Shown here: positions 34,787 to 44,898 of the stretch, in pieces
How positions within the stretch are numbered: the first letter of the stretch is position 1
Layout: every line of letters starts with the position of its first letter
Source of the DNA: Ignavibacteria bacterium
GTDB taxonomy: Bacteria > Bacteroidota > Ignavibacteria > UBA10030
Assembly: GCA_016873755.1 (NCBI GenBank)
Contig: VGWB01000001.1
Coordinates: 3,387 to 67,386 of the forward strand
Length of the DNA: 64,000 nucleotides
Reading direction: 5' to 3'
The notes under the pieces: generated by a model
What the model was told of the DNA's origin: nothing
The model's database searches: none
What the model saw: the letters and a program-made list of their open reading frames with translations, nothing else
Translations under genes and position numbers: made by a program

Positions 34787-36430
34787 ATGAGTCCAGACCT
34801 TAGCACACGCAGGAACGTCTGGGAGACGGAGAAAGTCAAGCCCGCGATCCAGAAACTTCCTGAGCGCAGGCAAACCTTCAACACGGATTCCGGCGTTGAG
34901 GTGGATCGGCTCTATTTGCCGGAAGACTCCGACTACATGAGCCGCCTGGGATTCCCCGGTGAATATCCGTTCACGCGCGGGATCCATCCCACGATGTACC
35001 GGAACCGATTCTGGACAATGCGCCAGTATGCGGGTTTCGGAACAGCGGAGGAATCGAACCAGCGCTATCGGTACCTGATTGCCAACGGTACGACCGGCCT
35101 CTCCGTTGCGTTTGATCTTCCGACACAAATGGGATATGATTCCGATCATCCGATGGCCGAAGGCGAGGTAGGGAAGGTCGGTGTAGCCATCGACACGCTG
35201 GCGGATATGGAAGCGCTTTTTGATGGAATCCGGCTTCAAGACGTTACTACCTCCATGACGATCAATTCGACCGCGGCTATCCTTCTGTGCATGTATGTGG
35301 GCGTGGCAAAGAAACAGGGCGCGGAGCTGCAGAGCATCTCCGGCACTATCCAGAACGACATCCTGAAAGAGTACGTTGCACGGGGGACGCATATCTATCC
35401 CCCTCAAGCATCCATGCGCCTGGTAACGGATGTCTTCGAATGGTGCAGCAACCATCTTCCGCGGTGGAACACAATATCCATCAGTGGCTATCATATTCGA
35501 GAAGCAGGAGCGACCGCAGTCCAAGAACTGGCCTTCACTCTGGCCAACGCGATCGCCTACGTTCAGGCGGCGGTCGATCGGGGCCTGGATGTTGACAGGT
35601 TCGGGGGCCAGTTGTCGTTTTTCTTCAACGCCCACAACAACTTCTTCGAAGAGATCGCCAAGTTCCGGGCAGCACGACGGATATGGGCAAAAATCATGAA
35701 GGAACGGTTCGGTGCGCGCAATGAGGAGACAATGAAATTGCGTTTCCATGCCCAAACCGGCGGATCAACACTGACGGCACAGCAGATCGACAACAACGTG
35801 GTTCGCGTGACGCTGCAGGCGCTGGCGGCCATTCTCGGGGGCTGCCAATCGCTCCACACCAATTCCCGCGACGAGGCTCTGGCCTTGCCGACGGAGGAGT
35901 CGGTTCGGTTGGCGCTGCGCACACAGCAGGTGATCGCGTACGAGTCGGGAGTGGCAGATACGGTTGACCCGCTCGGCGGATCGTATTTTGTCGAGTCACT
36001 GACCGATGAGATCGAAAAGAAGGCCTGGGAATATATCGAGAAGGTTGACAAGCTCGGTGGAGCGGTGCGGGCAATCGAGCAGCAGTTCTATCAGAAACAC
36101 ATTGCTGAGAGCGCCTACGAATACCAGATGGCTATCGAAAAGCGGGAGAAGATTTTCGTTGGTGTCAATCAGTTCAAGATTCAAGAGGAGCGGCAGCCCG
36201 AGATTCTATGGATCGACGAGAGCATACGGGACAAACAGGTTCAACGCCTCAACGCTATTCGGGCACGACGCGATCGGGGACCCCTCGAACGAGAAATTGT
36301 TCACCTGATGGAGGCAGCAAAGGGGAGCGGCAACGTGCTACCCTCCATCCTCCGGTGTGTTGAAGCCTATGCCACCGTGGGAGAGATCTCCAATGCGTTG
36401 CGGTCCGTGTGGGGAGAATATGAGTCCTGA
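34787..36430 (+). CDS. Methylmalonyl-CoA mutase family catalytic (substrate-binding barrel) subunit, without a B12-binding domain
   Basis: '[26 protein letters not shown]' and '[37 protein letters not shown]' are the methylmalonyl-CoA mutase N-terminal signatures. At 547 aa the protein ends before the cobalamin-binding domain. Confidence 0.85.
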   Translation: MSPDLSTRRNVWETEKVKPAIQKLPERRQTFNTDSGVEVDRLYLPEDSDYMSRLGFPGEYPFTRGIHPTMYRNRFWTMRQYAGFGTAEESNQRYRYLIANGTTGLSVAFDLPTQMGYDSDHPMAEGEVGKVGVAIDTLADMEALFDGIRLQDVTTSMTINSTAAILLCMYVGVAKKQGAELQSISGTIQNDILKEYVARGTHIYPPQASMRLVTDVFEWCSNHLPRWNTISISGYHIREAGATAVQELAFTLANAIAYVQAAVDRGLDVDRFGGQLSFFFNAHNNFFEEIAKFRAARRIWAKIMKERFGARNEETMKLRFHAQTGGSTLTAQQIDNNVVRVTLQALAAILGGCQSLHTNSRDEALALPTEESVRLALRTQQVIAYESGVADTVDPLGGSYFVESLTDEIEKKAWEYIEKVDKLGGAVRAIEQQFYQKHIAESAYEYQMAIEKREKIFVGVNQFKIQEERQPEILWIDESIRDKQVQRLNAIRARRDRGPLEREIVHLMEAAKGSGNVLPSILRCVEAYATVGEISNALRSVWGEYES

Positions 36431-36484
36431 CTGAATTCACTGCGCTTCCTTTGTCTCTTGTTTGCTTTTCCTCTATATTGAGCT

Positions 36485-37270
36485 GTGCGGATTTCAAAGA
36501 CACAGTTGAAGTACATTCGATCCCTCTCACACAAGAAAGCTCGCGAGGCCGAGCGCAGATTCACTCTCGAAGGCTGGCGAGCACTGAAGGAGGCGATCGC
36601 ATCTTCTGCAACGATGGATCTCGTGGCGGTTCTGCCTCGATTCCTTGCTGACCCGGATTACGCAAAGATCCTCCGACAGCTTGAGGAGCGGCGAATACCA
36701 GTCAGGGAAATCAGCGACGCGGAACTCAGGTTGGTTGCCGATACAGTCCATGCGCAAGGCGTTCTGGCTGTCGTGCATCGACCGGAACCGATCGTCAGTG
36801 ACGAGCGTCTGAATCGGGCGTCCCTTGTCGTCGCGTTGGATGCCGTCGCCGATCCCGGCAACGTAGGCTCCATCGTCCGATCTGCGGACTGGTTCGGTGT
36901 CGATCTTGTCCTTCTCGGAAAGGGGAGTGTGGAGCTCTTCAACGAGAAGGTGATCCGATCGACGGTGGGCTCAGTATTCCACGTTCCGGTCGTCTCGGGT
37001 GTAGACCTCTCGTCAACGTTGCGCAGGATGAAACAAGGGGGGTTCTTCGTTATGGGCCTTTCCGGTGACGCGAAGCGGGCGTACACGGATGTAGCTGGAC
37101 GAGCGAGAATGGTGATCCTCCTCGGAAGTGAAGGACACGGCCTCTCGAAGGAGGTGCGCGCTTCCGCCGACGTGATCGTTCAAATACCGAGGTTCGGGAA
37201 GGCCGAGTCACTGAACGTGAGCGTGGCATGCGGTATCGTCCTCTCTCATTTCCGTACAAAGAACAGATAA
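36485..37270 (+). CDS. TrmH/SpoU-family RNA 2'-O-methyltransferase (RlmB-like)
   Basis: N-terminal substrate-binding region, then the SPOUT motifs 'LVVALDAVADPGNVGSIVRSADWFGV' and 'ILLGSEGHGLS'. Confidence 0.8.
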   Translation: MRISKTQLKYIRSLSHKKAREAERRFTLEGWRALKEAIASSATMDLVAVLPRFLADPDYAKILRQLEERRIPVREISDAELRLVADTVHAQGVLAVVHRPEPIVSDERLNRASLVVALDAVADPGNVGSIVRSADWFGVDLVLLGKGSVELFNEKVIRSTVGSVFHVPVVSGVDLSSTLRRMKQGGFFVMGLSGDAKRAYTDVAGRARMVILLGSEGHGLSKEVRASADVIVQIPRFGKAESLNVSVACGIVLSHFRTKNR

Positions 37271-37292
37271 TGGAATTCTTGCGAAGATCACT

Positions 37293-38228
37293 ATGCTGAC
37301 TTCCGTTCCCGGATTCAAAGTCGGTCACTATACCGATAGCAAGGCAATGACCGGCTGTACGGTCATACTCTGTCCGCCCAGGACGCGCGCAAGCTGCGAA
37401 GTGCGCGGCAACTCTCCTGGTAGCCGGGAGCTTGCGTTGCTGGCGCCGGAGAAGTCCATGCAGGAAGTCCACGCCATCTTGCTGACAGGGGGGAGCGCCT
37501 TCGGTCTCGCCGCTTGCGACGGAGTGATACGGTGGCTCGAAGAGCACCGGATAGGCTATCAAACCCCGTGGGCCAGGGTGCCCATTGTTCCTGCTGCTGT
37601 CGTCTTTGACCTGAATGTCGGTAGCAACATGGTTCGGCCGGATTCCGCGGCTGGCTACAAGGCGTGCGAGTCCGCGTCGGCGGAATCGATTGCAGAGGGA
37701 AATGTCGGGGCCGGCACGGGAGTTACAATTGGCAAGTGGATGGGGGTCGAACACTGGATGAAGGGGGGACTGGGATCGAGTGCCTTCCAGATTGGGCCGT
37801 TGACCATCGGGGCTCTTGCGGTTGTCAACGCTGTGGGAGATGTCGTCGGTGAGGGTGGAAACGTTCTTGCGGGTGCGCGGGCCTCCGACGGAACGTTTCT
37901 GGGCGACCGGGAGAAGCATCGACCGTTGGCTCGGGGGAAAGTATTGGAGGACGTCAACACGACGCTTGCGGTGGTTGCGACGAACGCTGATTTCTCCAAG
38001 CTGGAATTGTTCCGAATAGCTCAGCGCGTGCACGATGGCATGGCTCGCGCCATCGTGCCCGTGCATACGTCGTATGATGGCGATGTCTCATTCGCGTTGT
38101 CGTGCGGGGGGGAACGCGCGGATCTCGACTACGTTGCCGAGCTTGCAGCTCAGCTCACAGCTGAGACGATACGAAGGGCCGTGAGAGCAGCGCAGAGTGT
38201 GAGCGGTGTTCCCGGACTTCGAGGCTAG
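37293..38228 (+). CDS. DmpA/OAT-type peptidase S58 family protein (L-aminopeptidase/D-esterase-like)
   Basis: 'VPGFKVGHYTD...TGCTVIL' and 'AILLTGGSAFGLAA' match the N-terminal nucleophile (Ntn) hydrolase family of DmpA-like peptidases. Confidence 0.75.
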   Translation: MLTSVPGFKVGHYTDSKAMTGCTVILCPPRTRASCEVRGNSPGSRELALLAPEKSMQEVHAILLTGGSAFGLAACDGVIRWLEEHRIGYQTPWARVPIVPAAVVFDLNVGSNMVRPDSAAGYKACESASAESIAEGNVGAGTGVTIGKWMGVEHWMKGGLGSSAFQIGPLTIGALAVVNAVGDVVGEGGNVLAGARASDGTFLGDREKHRPLARGKVLEDVNTTLAVVATNADFSKLELFRIAQRVHDGMARAIVPVHTSYDGDVSFALSCGGERADLDYVAELAAQLTAETIRRAVRAAQSVSGVPGLRG

Positions 38229-38403
38229 GTCCCGCCAGATTCGCGCCATTCCTGCTTGATCTCGAGTGCGGCCCGGGCTGGTTGGAATCCGTTCGAAATT
38301 CGGGTATATTTTCTAAAGGAGTGAAGTCCGGAAAGGTGGCATTTCAGCAAGTCTCCGTGCAGCTTGGTGCCGTCGGGCCGGATCTTGACACAAGACGCGA
38401 GAA

Positions 38404-38871
38404 ATGTCAGCAATAGTTGCTCGGATCGTGGAAGTGTGTGTGTTCAAAATGGATGGTGCCGGTCCGCAGTATCTATTGCTCGAGCGATCCAACGATGACA
38501 AGATCTATCCTGGCATTTGGCAGTGGATCACGGGGACGAAGAGGGATACAGAAAGCGCAGTGAAAGCGGCGGTGCGGGAGTTGGAGGAGGAAACAGCCCT
38601 GAAGCCTCGCCGATTATGGGTTGTGCCGCACGTGAATTCCTTCTACGTCGCGGCCAGTGACACGGTTCATCTCAGTCCTTTTTTCGCGGTAGAGGTTTCA
38701 CCCAACGACGAACCTCAGATGTCGGTTGAACACCAGGGATATGAGTGGTGCCGCTTCGAGCGGGCGCGAGAGAAGCTAGTATGGCCCGGACAGCGTCGCG
38801 GTTTGGAAATCGTGCATGAGTACATCACCGGTGAGGCTGCTGCAGCTCGACTAACTCAAATCACCCTCTAG
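38404..38871 (+). CDS. NUDIX hydrolase
   Basis: The Nudix box 'GTKRDTESAVKAAVRELEEETAL' (GX5EX7REUXEEXGU pattern) is present. Confidence 0.75.
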   Translation: MSAIVARIVEVCVFKMDGAGPQYLLLERSNDDKIYPGIWQWITGTKRDTESAVKAAVRELEEETALKPRRLWVVPHVNSFYVAASDTVHLSPFFAVEVSPNDEPQMSVEHQGYEWCRFERAREKLVWPGQRRGLEIVHEYITGEAAAARLTQITL

Positions 38872-38893
38872 GTCTCTAGAAAAGGAGTCTCAC

Positions 38894-39808
38894 TTGAGCT
38901 TGCTCGTTGTTGGTTCCGTCGCTTTTGACTCGGTAGATACACCATTTGGAAATGTGAAGGACGCGCTCGGAGGTTCTGCTGTCTACATCTCGGTAGCGGC
39001 GAGCTATTTCACGGCACCGGTGCGCTTGGTGGCTGTCGTGGGTGGGGATTTCCCGAGGTATCACATGCAGTTCCTCGAAGATCGGAAGGTCGATCTCGAC
39101 GGGCTTCAGGTCGTGCGGGAAGGGAAGACTTTCCGCTGGGGAGGTCGCTACCATTATGACCTCAACACGCGCGATTCTCTTTACACGGATCTTAATGTGT
39201 TCGAGCAGTTCAATCCGATAATTCCCAACGGTTTCAAGCGAAGCTCGTACGTCTGCTTGGGCAACATCGATCCCGTTCTGCAGCGACAAGTGCTCGACAG
39301 ACTCAGCAAACCCCGGCTCGTCGTGGGTGATACGATGAACTACTGGATCGAGAACAGGCCGAAAGAGTTGGCCGAAACGCTGAAGGTCATGGACGTCCTT
39401 GTCGTGAATGATTCCGAGGCACGTCTGCTGGCACATGAACCCAACCTCATGAAGGCGGCGAAGCGCATCATAGCTATGGGGCCAAAGATTGTCATTGTCA
39501 AGAAGGGTGAACACGGGGCGCTGCTGGTGACGGAGGAGACTATCTTCTCCGCACCGGCGTATCCTCTTGAGAACATCCATGACCCGACCGGCGCAGGCGA
39601 CGCCTTCGCTGGCGGGTTCGTGGGGTGGCTGGCACGAACGGATGACCTCTCGCCGGACAATCTCAAGCGCGCCGTGATCTACGGGAGTACGCTGGCATCG
39701 TTCTGTGTCGAGAAGTTCAGCGTCGACGGACTCAGAGATCTCACGTACCTTCAAATCCAGGATCGCTATCGTTCATTTATGCAGATTTCGCGGTTTGACG
39801 AGCGATGA
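38894..39808 (+). CDS. PfkB-family carbohydrate kinase (ribokinase-like)
   Basis: The N-terminal 'VVGSVAFD' and the C-terminal 'DPTGAGDAFAGGFVGWLA' (PfkB signature 2) are present. Confidence 0.8.
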   Translation: MSLLVVGSVAFDSVDTPFGNVKDALGGSAVYISVAASYFTAPVRLVAVVGGDFPRYHMQFLEDRKVDLDGLQVVREGKTFRWGGRYHYDLNTRDSLYTDLNVFEQFNPIIPNGFKRSSYVCLGNIDPVLQRQVLDRLSKPRLVVGDTMNYWIENRPKELAETLKVMDVLVVNDSEARLLAHEPNLMKAAKRIIAMGPKIVIVKKGEHGALLVTEETIFSAPAYPLENIHDPTGAGDAFAGGFVGWLARTDDLSPDNLKRAVIYGSTLASFCVEKFSVDGLRDLTYLQIQDRYRSFMQISRFDER

Positions 39809-40884
39809 ACACAGTGCGTCCTATAGAGTGGCGAGACGGGAAGGTCCGCTTTCTGGATCAAACACGACTTCCGCTCGAAGAAGTCTACGTGGAGACGGAT
39901 GAGGAGGTGGTCATTGCCGATGCGATCAGGTCCCTAGCCATCCGTGGTGCCCCGCTCGTCGGCATCGCGGCGGGCTACGGTTTCGTCCTTGCTTTCCAGA
40001 AGCTGAAAACGAACGACGTACAATCCACCATCGCGTGGATTGAACGGACGACCAACCTCTTTGCCTCCACCCGCCCCACCGCAGTCAATCTCTTTTGGGC
40101 GCTGAATCGTATGCGCTATGTGGTCATTGACGCCGCGGGCTCCGCGCTGGAAGAAACACAGTCGCGCTTGCTGGATGAGGCAAAAGCGATTCACGCGGAA
40201 GACGAAGAACTCTGCAGAGTGATCGGCCAGCTCGGGGCGCACTTGTTGCCGGCTGCTTCGACTGTTCTGACGCACTGCAACACCGGTAGCCTCGCGACCG
40301 GGGGATCGGGCACGGCGCAGAGCATCATCACAACGGCGTGGGAACAACTGAAGCTCCGCCACGTCTATATTGATGAAACTCGCCCGCTGCTGCAGGGGGC
40401 TCGGCTGACCGCGTGGGAGCTTGACAAGCTGCAAATCCCCTTCACACTCATAACTGACAGCACTGCAGCGTTCGTGATGCAGCGGGGAATGGTTAGCGTC
40501 GTTTTGGTCGGGGCAGACCGCATCACGCTCAACGGAGATGTCGCAAATAAAATCGGGACCTATGGTCTGGCGGTCCTCGCCAAACACCACGGGATTCCCT
40601 TCTACGTGGCAGCTCCGACGACAACGATCGACTTCGAGATGGCCTCGGGCAAGGACATACCCATCGAGCAAAGAAGCGGTGCCGAGGTGACGTCCTATGG
40701 GCAGAAACAGACAGCCCCCTCAGGCATCGATGTGTACGCACCGGCCTTTGACATCACGCCGAACGAGCTCGTCTCGGCGATCATAACGGAGAAAGGTGTG
40801 TTGCGGAGCCCCTTCCGGATGGCTATGGAGGAGCTGAAAAAGAAAGACCTTTCCTCCATTGTCAGAAAGGCCGTTTTTCGCTAG
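39805..40884 (+). CDS. mtnA: S-methyl-5-thioribose-1-phosphate isomerase (eIF-2B alpha/beta/delta family)
   Basis: 'IEWRDGKVRFLDQTRLPLEEVYVET', 'IRGAPLVGIAAGYG' and 'HCNTGSLAT' are typical MtnA motifs. The start overlaps the PfkB stop by 4 nt. Confidence 0.85.
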   Translation: MNTVRPIEWRDGKVRFLDQTRLPLEEVYVETDEEVVIADAIRSLAIRGAPLVGIAAGYGFVLAFQKLKTNDVQSTIAWIERTTNLFASTRPTAVNLFWALNRMRYVVIDAAGSALEETQSRLLDEAKAIHAEDEELCRVIGQLGAHLLPAASTVLTHCNTGSLATGGSGTAQSIITTAWEQLKLRHVYIDETRPLLQGARLTAWELDKLQIPFTLITDSTAAFVMQRGMVSVVLVGADRITLNGDVANKIGTYGLAVLAKHHGIPFYVAAPTTTIDFEMASGKDIPIEQRSGAEVTSYGQKQTAPSGIDVYAPAFDITPNELVSAIITEKGVLRSPFRMAMEELKKKDLSSIVRKAVFR

Positions 40885-40893
40885 GGTGGGCCG

Positions 40894-41751
40894 ATGCTGA
40901 CGAAAACCGACGCCATCGTGCTGAAGGGGATGAAATATAGGGACACGAGCAAGATCGTCACGTTCTATACGCGACGGTTCGGCAAGCTCAAGGGTGTCGC
41001 CAAAGGAGCTCGCCAGATGAAGAGCAAATTTGGTGCGGCTCTCGAGCCGATGACGAACGTAGCGCTTGTTCTTTACAGGAAAGAGCATCGTGACCTGCAA
41101 TTGGTTTCTCAGTGCGATATCATCAAGCCGTACAAGAAGATCCACAGCGAGTTTGACCGAATGACGGCAGCGATGTCGGTTCTGGAGCTGGTCAACCAGC
41201 TTACGCACGACGAGGAGGAAAACGCTGCGCTTTATTCTCTCTTGCTCGGGACATTGGATGAGCTGGAGCGCGCATCACGAAGATTCGTCAACCTTGTGTA
41301 CGCGTTCCAGATCCGGCTTGCCGGCTTGTTCGGTTTTGAGCCCTCCCTCGATCAATGCGGCAGCTGCGGAAGACGTGTCGATGAGTTCGCCGGCGAGGGA
41401 TCTGCGGTCTTCCAGCTGTCCAAAGGTGCGATCGTATGCCCGCGCTGCGCGCCTCAGCAGGCTCAGCATGCTTACGAGAGAGAATTCTGCCGAGCCCCGT
41501 CATCGTCTCGCGGGAGGAGATCGGAACAGACCAAGTCGAACGCAAAAATCTCGGTTCAGACATTGAGAGTATTGCAGAGATTGTTCAGGGCGAAGCTGGA
41601 CAGCGTGTCCGCCCTGGAGTACTCAAAGGCGACCGGGAACGAAATTGATGCAACTTTGCGTTTGTATTTGCGTCAACATTTTGAGGATCTCAAGCCGCTG
41701 AAATCCCTCGAAATCCACAACCGGATGGCAAACCGGGATTCAGTGGCGTAG
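40894..41751 (+). CDS. recO: DNA repair protein RecO
   Basis: An N-terminal OB-fold region 'AIVLKGMKYRDTSKIVTFYTRRFGKL' and a C-terminal zinc-ribbon 'CGSCGRRV...CPRC'. Confidence 0.85.
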   Translation: MLTKTDAIVLKGMKYRDTSKIVTFYTRRFGKLKGVAKGARQMKSKFGAALEPMTNVALVLYRKEHRDLQLVSQCDIIKPYKKIHSEFDRMTAAMSVLELVNQLTHDEEENAALYSLLLGTLDELERASRRFVNLVYAFQIRLAGLFGFEPSLDQCGSCGRRVDEFAGEGSAVFQLSKGAIVCPRCAPQQAQHAYEREFCRAPSSSRGRRSEQTKSNAKISVQTLRVLQRLFRAKLDSVSALEYSKATGNEIDATLRLYLRQHFEDLKPLKSLEIHNRMANRDSVA

Positions 41752-41830
41752 TGCGGATCCCGAGACAATCCGTGTTCAAGAAACAATCCTTCTATCAGAT
41801 AAGAGTTACACCGTGTTGAGGAGCTTAACC

Positions 41831-43387
41831 ATGTCAACGAAATCTGTCGTCGTAGCAATTTTGCTGATCTCCCTTGGTATTGTCCTTGGCGTGACGCTTG
41901 TGTCGACGTTCAAGGGTGTCGATATGAGCTTCGCGACACAAGATGTCAAGATCGGGGCGCAATCGAAATCTTCGAATGCACATCCGGCTCTGAAGGCGTT
42001 GAACGAAGCATACCAGTCAATCGCGAAGGAGGTCACGCCGACCGTTGTGTACATCACCGTTGTGTCACGATCTCGGTCAGACGACCAGAGCGATAGCTGG
42101 TTCCGGTTTTTCGGACCGGATTTCCGCATTGAACCTCGGACTCCTCGTCCGGAGGTTGGAGCGGGATCCGGTGTGATCCTTACATCCGACGGCTACATAC
42201 TGACAAACAACCACGTTGTCGGCAACGCGGTGTCCGACGGAATCGAGGTCACCCTCTCTGACAAACGAGTGTTCAAGAACGCCAAGCTGATCGGTACAGA
42301 CAAGTACACGGACCTCGCGGTGATCAAAGTGAATGCGAAGGACCTGGTGACCCCGCGCCTTGGGAACTCGGACGAGGTTGAGGTTGGCCAGATCGCGTTC
42401 GCATTCGGGAATCCGTTGGGATTGACGTCAACGATGACCCAAGGGATTATCAGCGCGACAGGACGAGGCCAGCTCGGCATCATAGCGGGCGAACTGAGGG
42501 ATCGGGATGATGCCAGTTACTCGATAGAGAATTTCATACAGACCGACGCTGCGGTCAACCCGGGCAACAGCGGTGGCGCACTCGTGAACATTAATGGTGA
42601 GGTAATCGGAATCAACACCGCGATCGCAACCACGAACGCACGCTTTCAGGGATACAGTTTCGCGATCCCCATCAACCTCGCGAAGAAAGTGGCAACGGAT
42701 CTTATCAAGTATGGGAAAGTACGGCGGGGATACATCGGTGTTGTGATTGAGACAGTGGACGCCACGATGGCCAAGGCGAAAGGGCTCGACAAACCAACGG
42801 GTGTCCTGGTACAGCGAGTGAACGCTGGCAGTGCGGGGGAGGCGGCTGGTGTCAAAGCAGGGGACATCATCTTGACCGTCGATGGAAGGGAAGTCAAAAC
42901 GTCCAATGAATTGCAGACGATTGTCGCTGCGAAGTACCCCGGCGAGACGGTCACGCTCAAGATTCTCCGCGACGGGAAGATGGTTGAGAAGAAAGTTGTG
43001 CTGAAGGCCCGCGACGAAGACGAGGAAGCTGTGGCGTCGGCTGACACCAAAAGAGAACCGAGCAAGCCAAGGGAGGCAGCCGGCCCAAGCCGGCTCGAGC
43101 TCGAAGACCTCGGGATGACTGTGAGGAACCTGGACTCAGACCTGAAGAAGAGCTATGAGACTGAGTCCGGAGTCCTCGTTGAAAGCGTCAAACCTCTCAG
43201 CGAGGCTCAGAAGAGACAGCTGAGACCAAACGATGTCATCCTGAGTGTTGGTGAACAGCCGGTAACTTCTGTCTCCCAGTTCGAGCAGTCTCTGAGGAAG
43301 AAGAACCCCGGCGACGCTGTGCTCATGCGGGTGAAAGGCGCCGACAAATCGACGCGATTCGTCGCGGTTGAAATCCCTCAGAAATAG
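41831..43387 (+). CDS. htrA: Periplasmic serine endoprotease DegP/HtrA (Do family) with two PDZ domains
   Basis: Signal/anchor 'MSTKSVVVAILLISLGIVLG'. Catalytic-triad motifs 'TNNHVV', 'DLAVIKV' and 'GNSGGALVN' are present. An alternative ATG lies at 41813. Confidence 0.85.
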   Translation: MSTKSVVVAILLISLGIVLGVTLVSTFKGVDMSFATQDVKIGAQSKSSNAHPALKALNEAYQSIAKEVTPTVVYITVVSRSRSDDQSDSWFRFFGPDFRIEPRTPRPEVGAGSGVILTSDGYILTNNHVVGNAVSDGIEVTLSDKRVFKNAKLIGTDKYTDLAVIKVNAKDLVTPRLGNSDEVEVGQIAFAFGNPLGLTSTMTQGIISATGRGQLGIIAGELRDRDDASYSIENFIQTDAAVNPGNSGGALVNINGEVIGINTAIATTNARFQGYSFAIPINLAKKVATDLIKYGKVRRGYIGVVIETVDATMAKAKGLDKPTGVLVQRVNAGSAGEAAGVKAGDIILTVDGREVKTSNELQTIVAAKYPGETVTLKILRDGKMVEKKVVLKARDEDEEAVASADTKREPSKPREAAGPSRLELEDLGMTVRNLDSDLKKSYETESGVLVESVKPLSEAQKRQLRPNDVILSVGEQPVTSVSQFEQSLRKKNPGDAVLMRVKGADKSTRFVAVEIPQK

Positions 43388-43411
43388 TGAGTTGTTGCCT
43401 TCAGTGGGCTT

Positions 43412-43470
43412 GCGGGGCGCAGGACCCTTCCGCACAGGCGGGAGAGCCTTGCGCCTTTGTCGTTTCTTTT
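43412..43470 (+). terminator. Probable intrinsic terminator after htrA
   Basis: A two-tier GC-rich hairpin (GGGGCGCAGG ... CCTTGCGCC with an inner CCGC/GCGG stem) followed by the T-rich run TTTGTCGTTTCTTTT. Confidence 0.35.
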
Positions 43471-43725
43471 CCGGTCGCCCTTGTAACCGGCCACCGTTTG
43501 ATACGGTTCAGTCAGCCGTAGAAATCCACCGCCTTTGGCCGTGGCTATGGACGGTTGGCTTTGCCGTTTGCATTGCTGACTCACCCCGCGTCCTCCTCTC
43601 TTCCGACCAAAAGAGGGGGAGTAAGGGGGTGAGTTGAGACGGAGACTTGTTGACGTTCCTGTTTTTCAAAAGCCACCAGCTATGGTGGTGGTTGTTTACT
43701 TTGTGCTCACGCCTCTTGCCTCGAC

Positions 43726-44623
43726 ATGGAGAGCACCGCAATTCGCTTCATAACAGCTGGTGAATCAGATGCTCGGACATCTGTGGGCATCGTGGAGGGA
43801 ATGCCGGCGGGAATCTCGATTTCAGCGGGCTACATCAACCATCAGATCCAGCGGCTGCAGAAGGCCCACGGGCTCGACGCTGGAGCGAAGGTCGCTCCCC
43901 CTGCGGTCGAAGTACTCTCGGGCATGAAATCTGGCAAGACCCTCGGCTCTCCAATCGCACTCCGGTGCATACAAAGTCACCGAGCAGGCGGATCTATCCT
44001 CTGTTCGGATTCTTGACAACGCGTACGAAGGTCGAATGCTCGAGCAGATGGATAGGCAGAAGAGGGTTGGCCGCCCGATGCCTGGCACGTTTGAACTCTT
44101 GGTTACGGGTGTGCCCGCCGGGCTGGCCGGCGGAATCCGGATCGGCGGTAGGCTCAATGAACTTCTGGTTGGAGCGCTGAGGTCTGTTCCCGGAGTGCAC
44201 TCAGTTAAGATCAGGTCTGGATTCCGTGGCGTCGAACCGTTCACCCTCGAGGCACGAGAAGCTCTTGCGCAGCGAGTTGCCAGCGGGAACCGCCGATATG
44301 ATCGCGTAGACGCGTCGAAAGTCGGTGCAACGCATGGGAAGCTCATCGTCATCAACGCGAAGACGCAGGCAATGTCATCGCCCGAACGAGATCTGGCTCC
44401 AGATCATCAAGGGAGGCGTAAGCCGCTCAAGGGATCTGTCCAGGGACCGTCTATACGCACCGTGCCGGCTTTTTCCGTACTTGCGGAGGCGGTGATTTCT
44501 CCTGTCCTCGCGAACGCATTTCTTGAGAAATTCCGCGGAAGCTCAGTAAGCGAAATCCGCAGCCAATACAAGCGGTCGGAACGTTTGAAGCAGCCTCCGC
44601 GGGTGAAAAACCCGCATTTGTAA
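43726..44623 (+). pseudogene. Degenerate chorismate synthase (aroC)-like gene: shortened, frame-broken and with active-site motifs eroded
   Basis: Two adjacent ORFs resemble AroC across their length. Fragment 1: 'FITAGESDARTSVGIVEGMPAGISI...VEVLSGMKSGKTLGSPIAL', versus E. coli '[24 protein letters not shown]...VKILSGVFEGVTTGTSIGL'. Fragment 2: 'VTGVPAGLAGGIRIGGRLNELLVGALRSVPGVHSVKIRSGF', versus '[39 protein letters not shown]', and the C-terminal 'GPSIRTVPAFSVLAEAVISPVLANAFL'. A stop at 44014-44016 breaks the frame and about 60 aa are missing. Confidence 0.35.
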
Positions 44624-44775
44624 GCGTACCTAATGAGATGGAAGCTCCGATGACGTGGGCTCGGACTCGAGGTGCTGACTGACGTCGGGACTGAAGGAAT
44701 TCCTTGGCATGCGGTCGGGGTGGGATGGCAGGAGCGTGAGGGCGGGATTTTCCCCAATTTCTCCCTTTTCTCACC

Positions 44776-44804
44776 TTGACTCTCTCTGGTGAATATGCTA
44801 TATT
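44776..44804 (+). promoter_or_regulatory. Consensus sigma70-type promoter TTGACT-N17-TATATT
   Basis: TTGACT at 44776-44781, a 17-nt spacer, then TATATT at 44799-44804. It lies about 95-120 nt upstream of the HNH-endonuclease gene, in an AT-rich patch. Confidence 0.5.
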
Positions 44805-44898
44805 TTGCAAGGAGTAACCACGAAATCTTCAAGTAAACTGTTCAATTTAGGCAGCTCTTTTGCCGACTTAAGGGGGTGCTTCAGACTTCAGCGCAGCA

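Noticed and set aside
34691-35755. 354-aa minus-strand ORF overlapping the start of the mutase gene
   Set aside because: It is antisense to the strongly supported methylmalonyl-CoA-mutase-family CDS and has no motifs. The same reasoning applies to other long minus-strand ORFs: 3798-4760, 8160-9002, 22023-22790, 23763-24785, 37050-38066, 38876-39754, 39934-40671, 45368-46270, 46798-47763, 51980-52819, 55630-56499, 57709-58629, 59823-60614 and 63243-63989.
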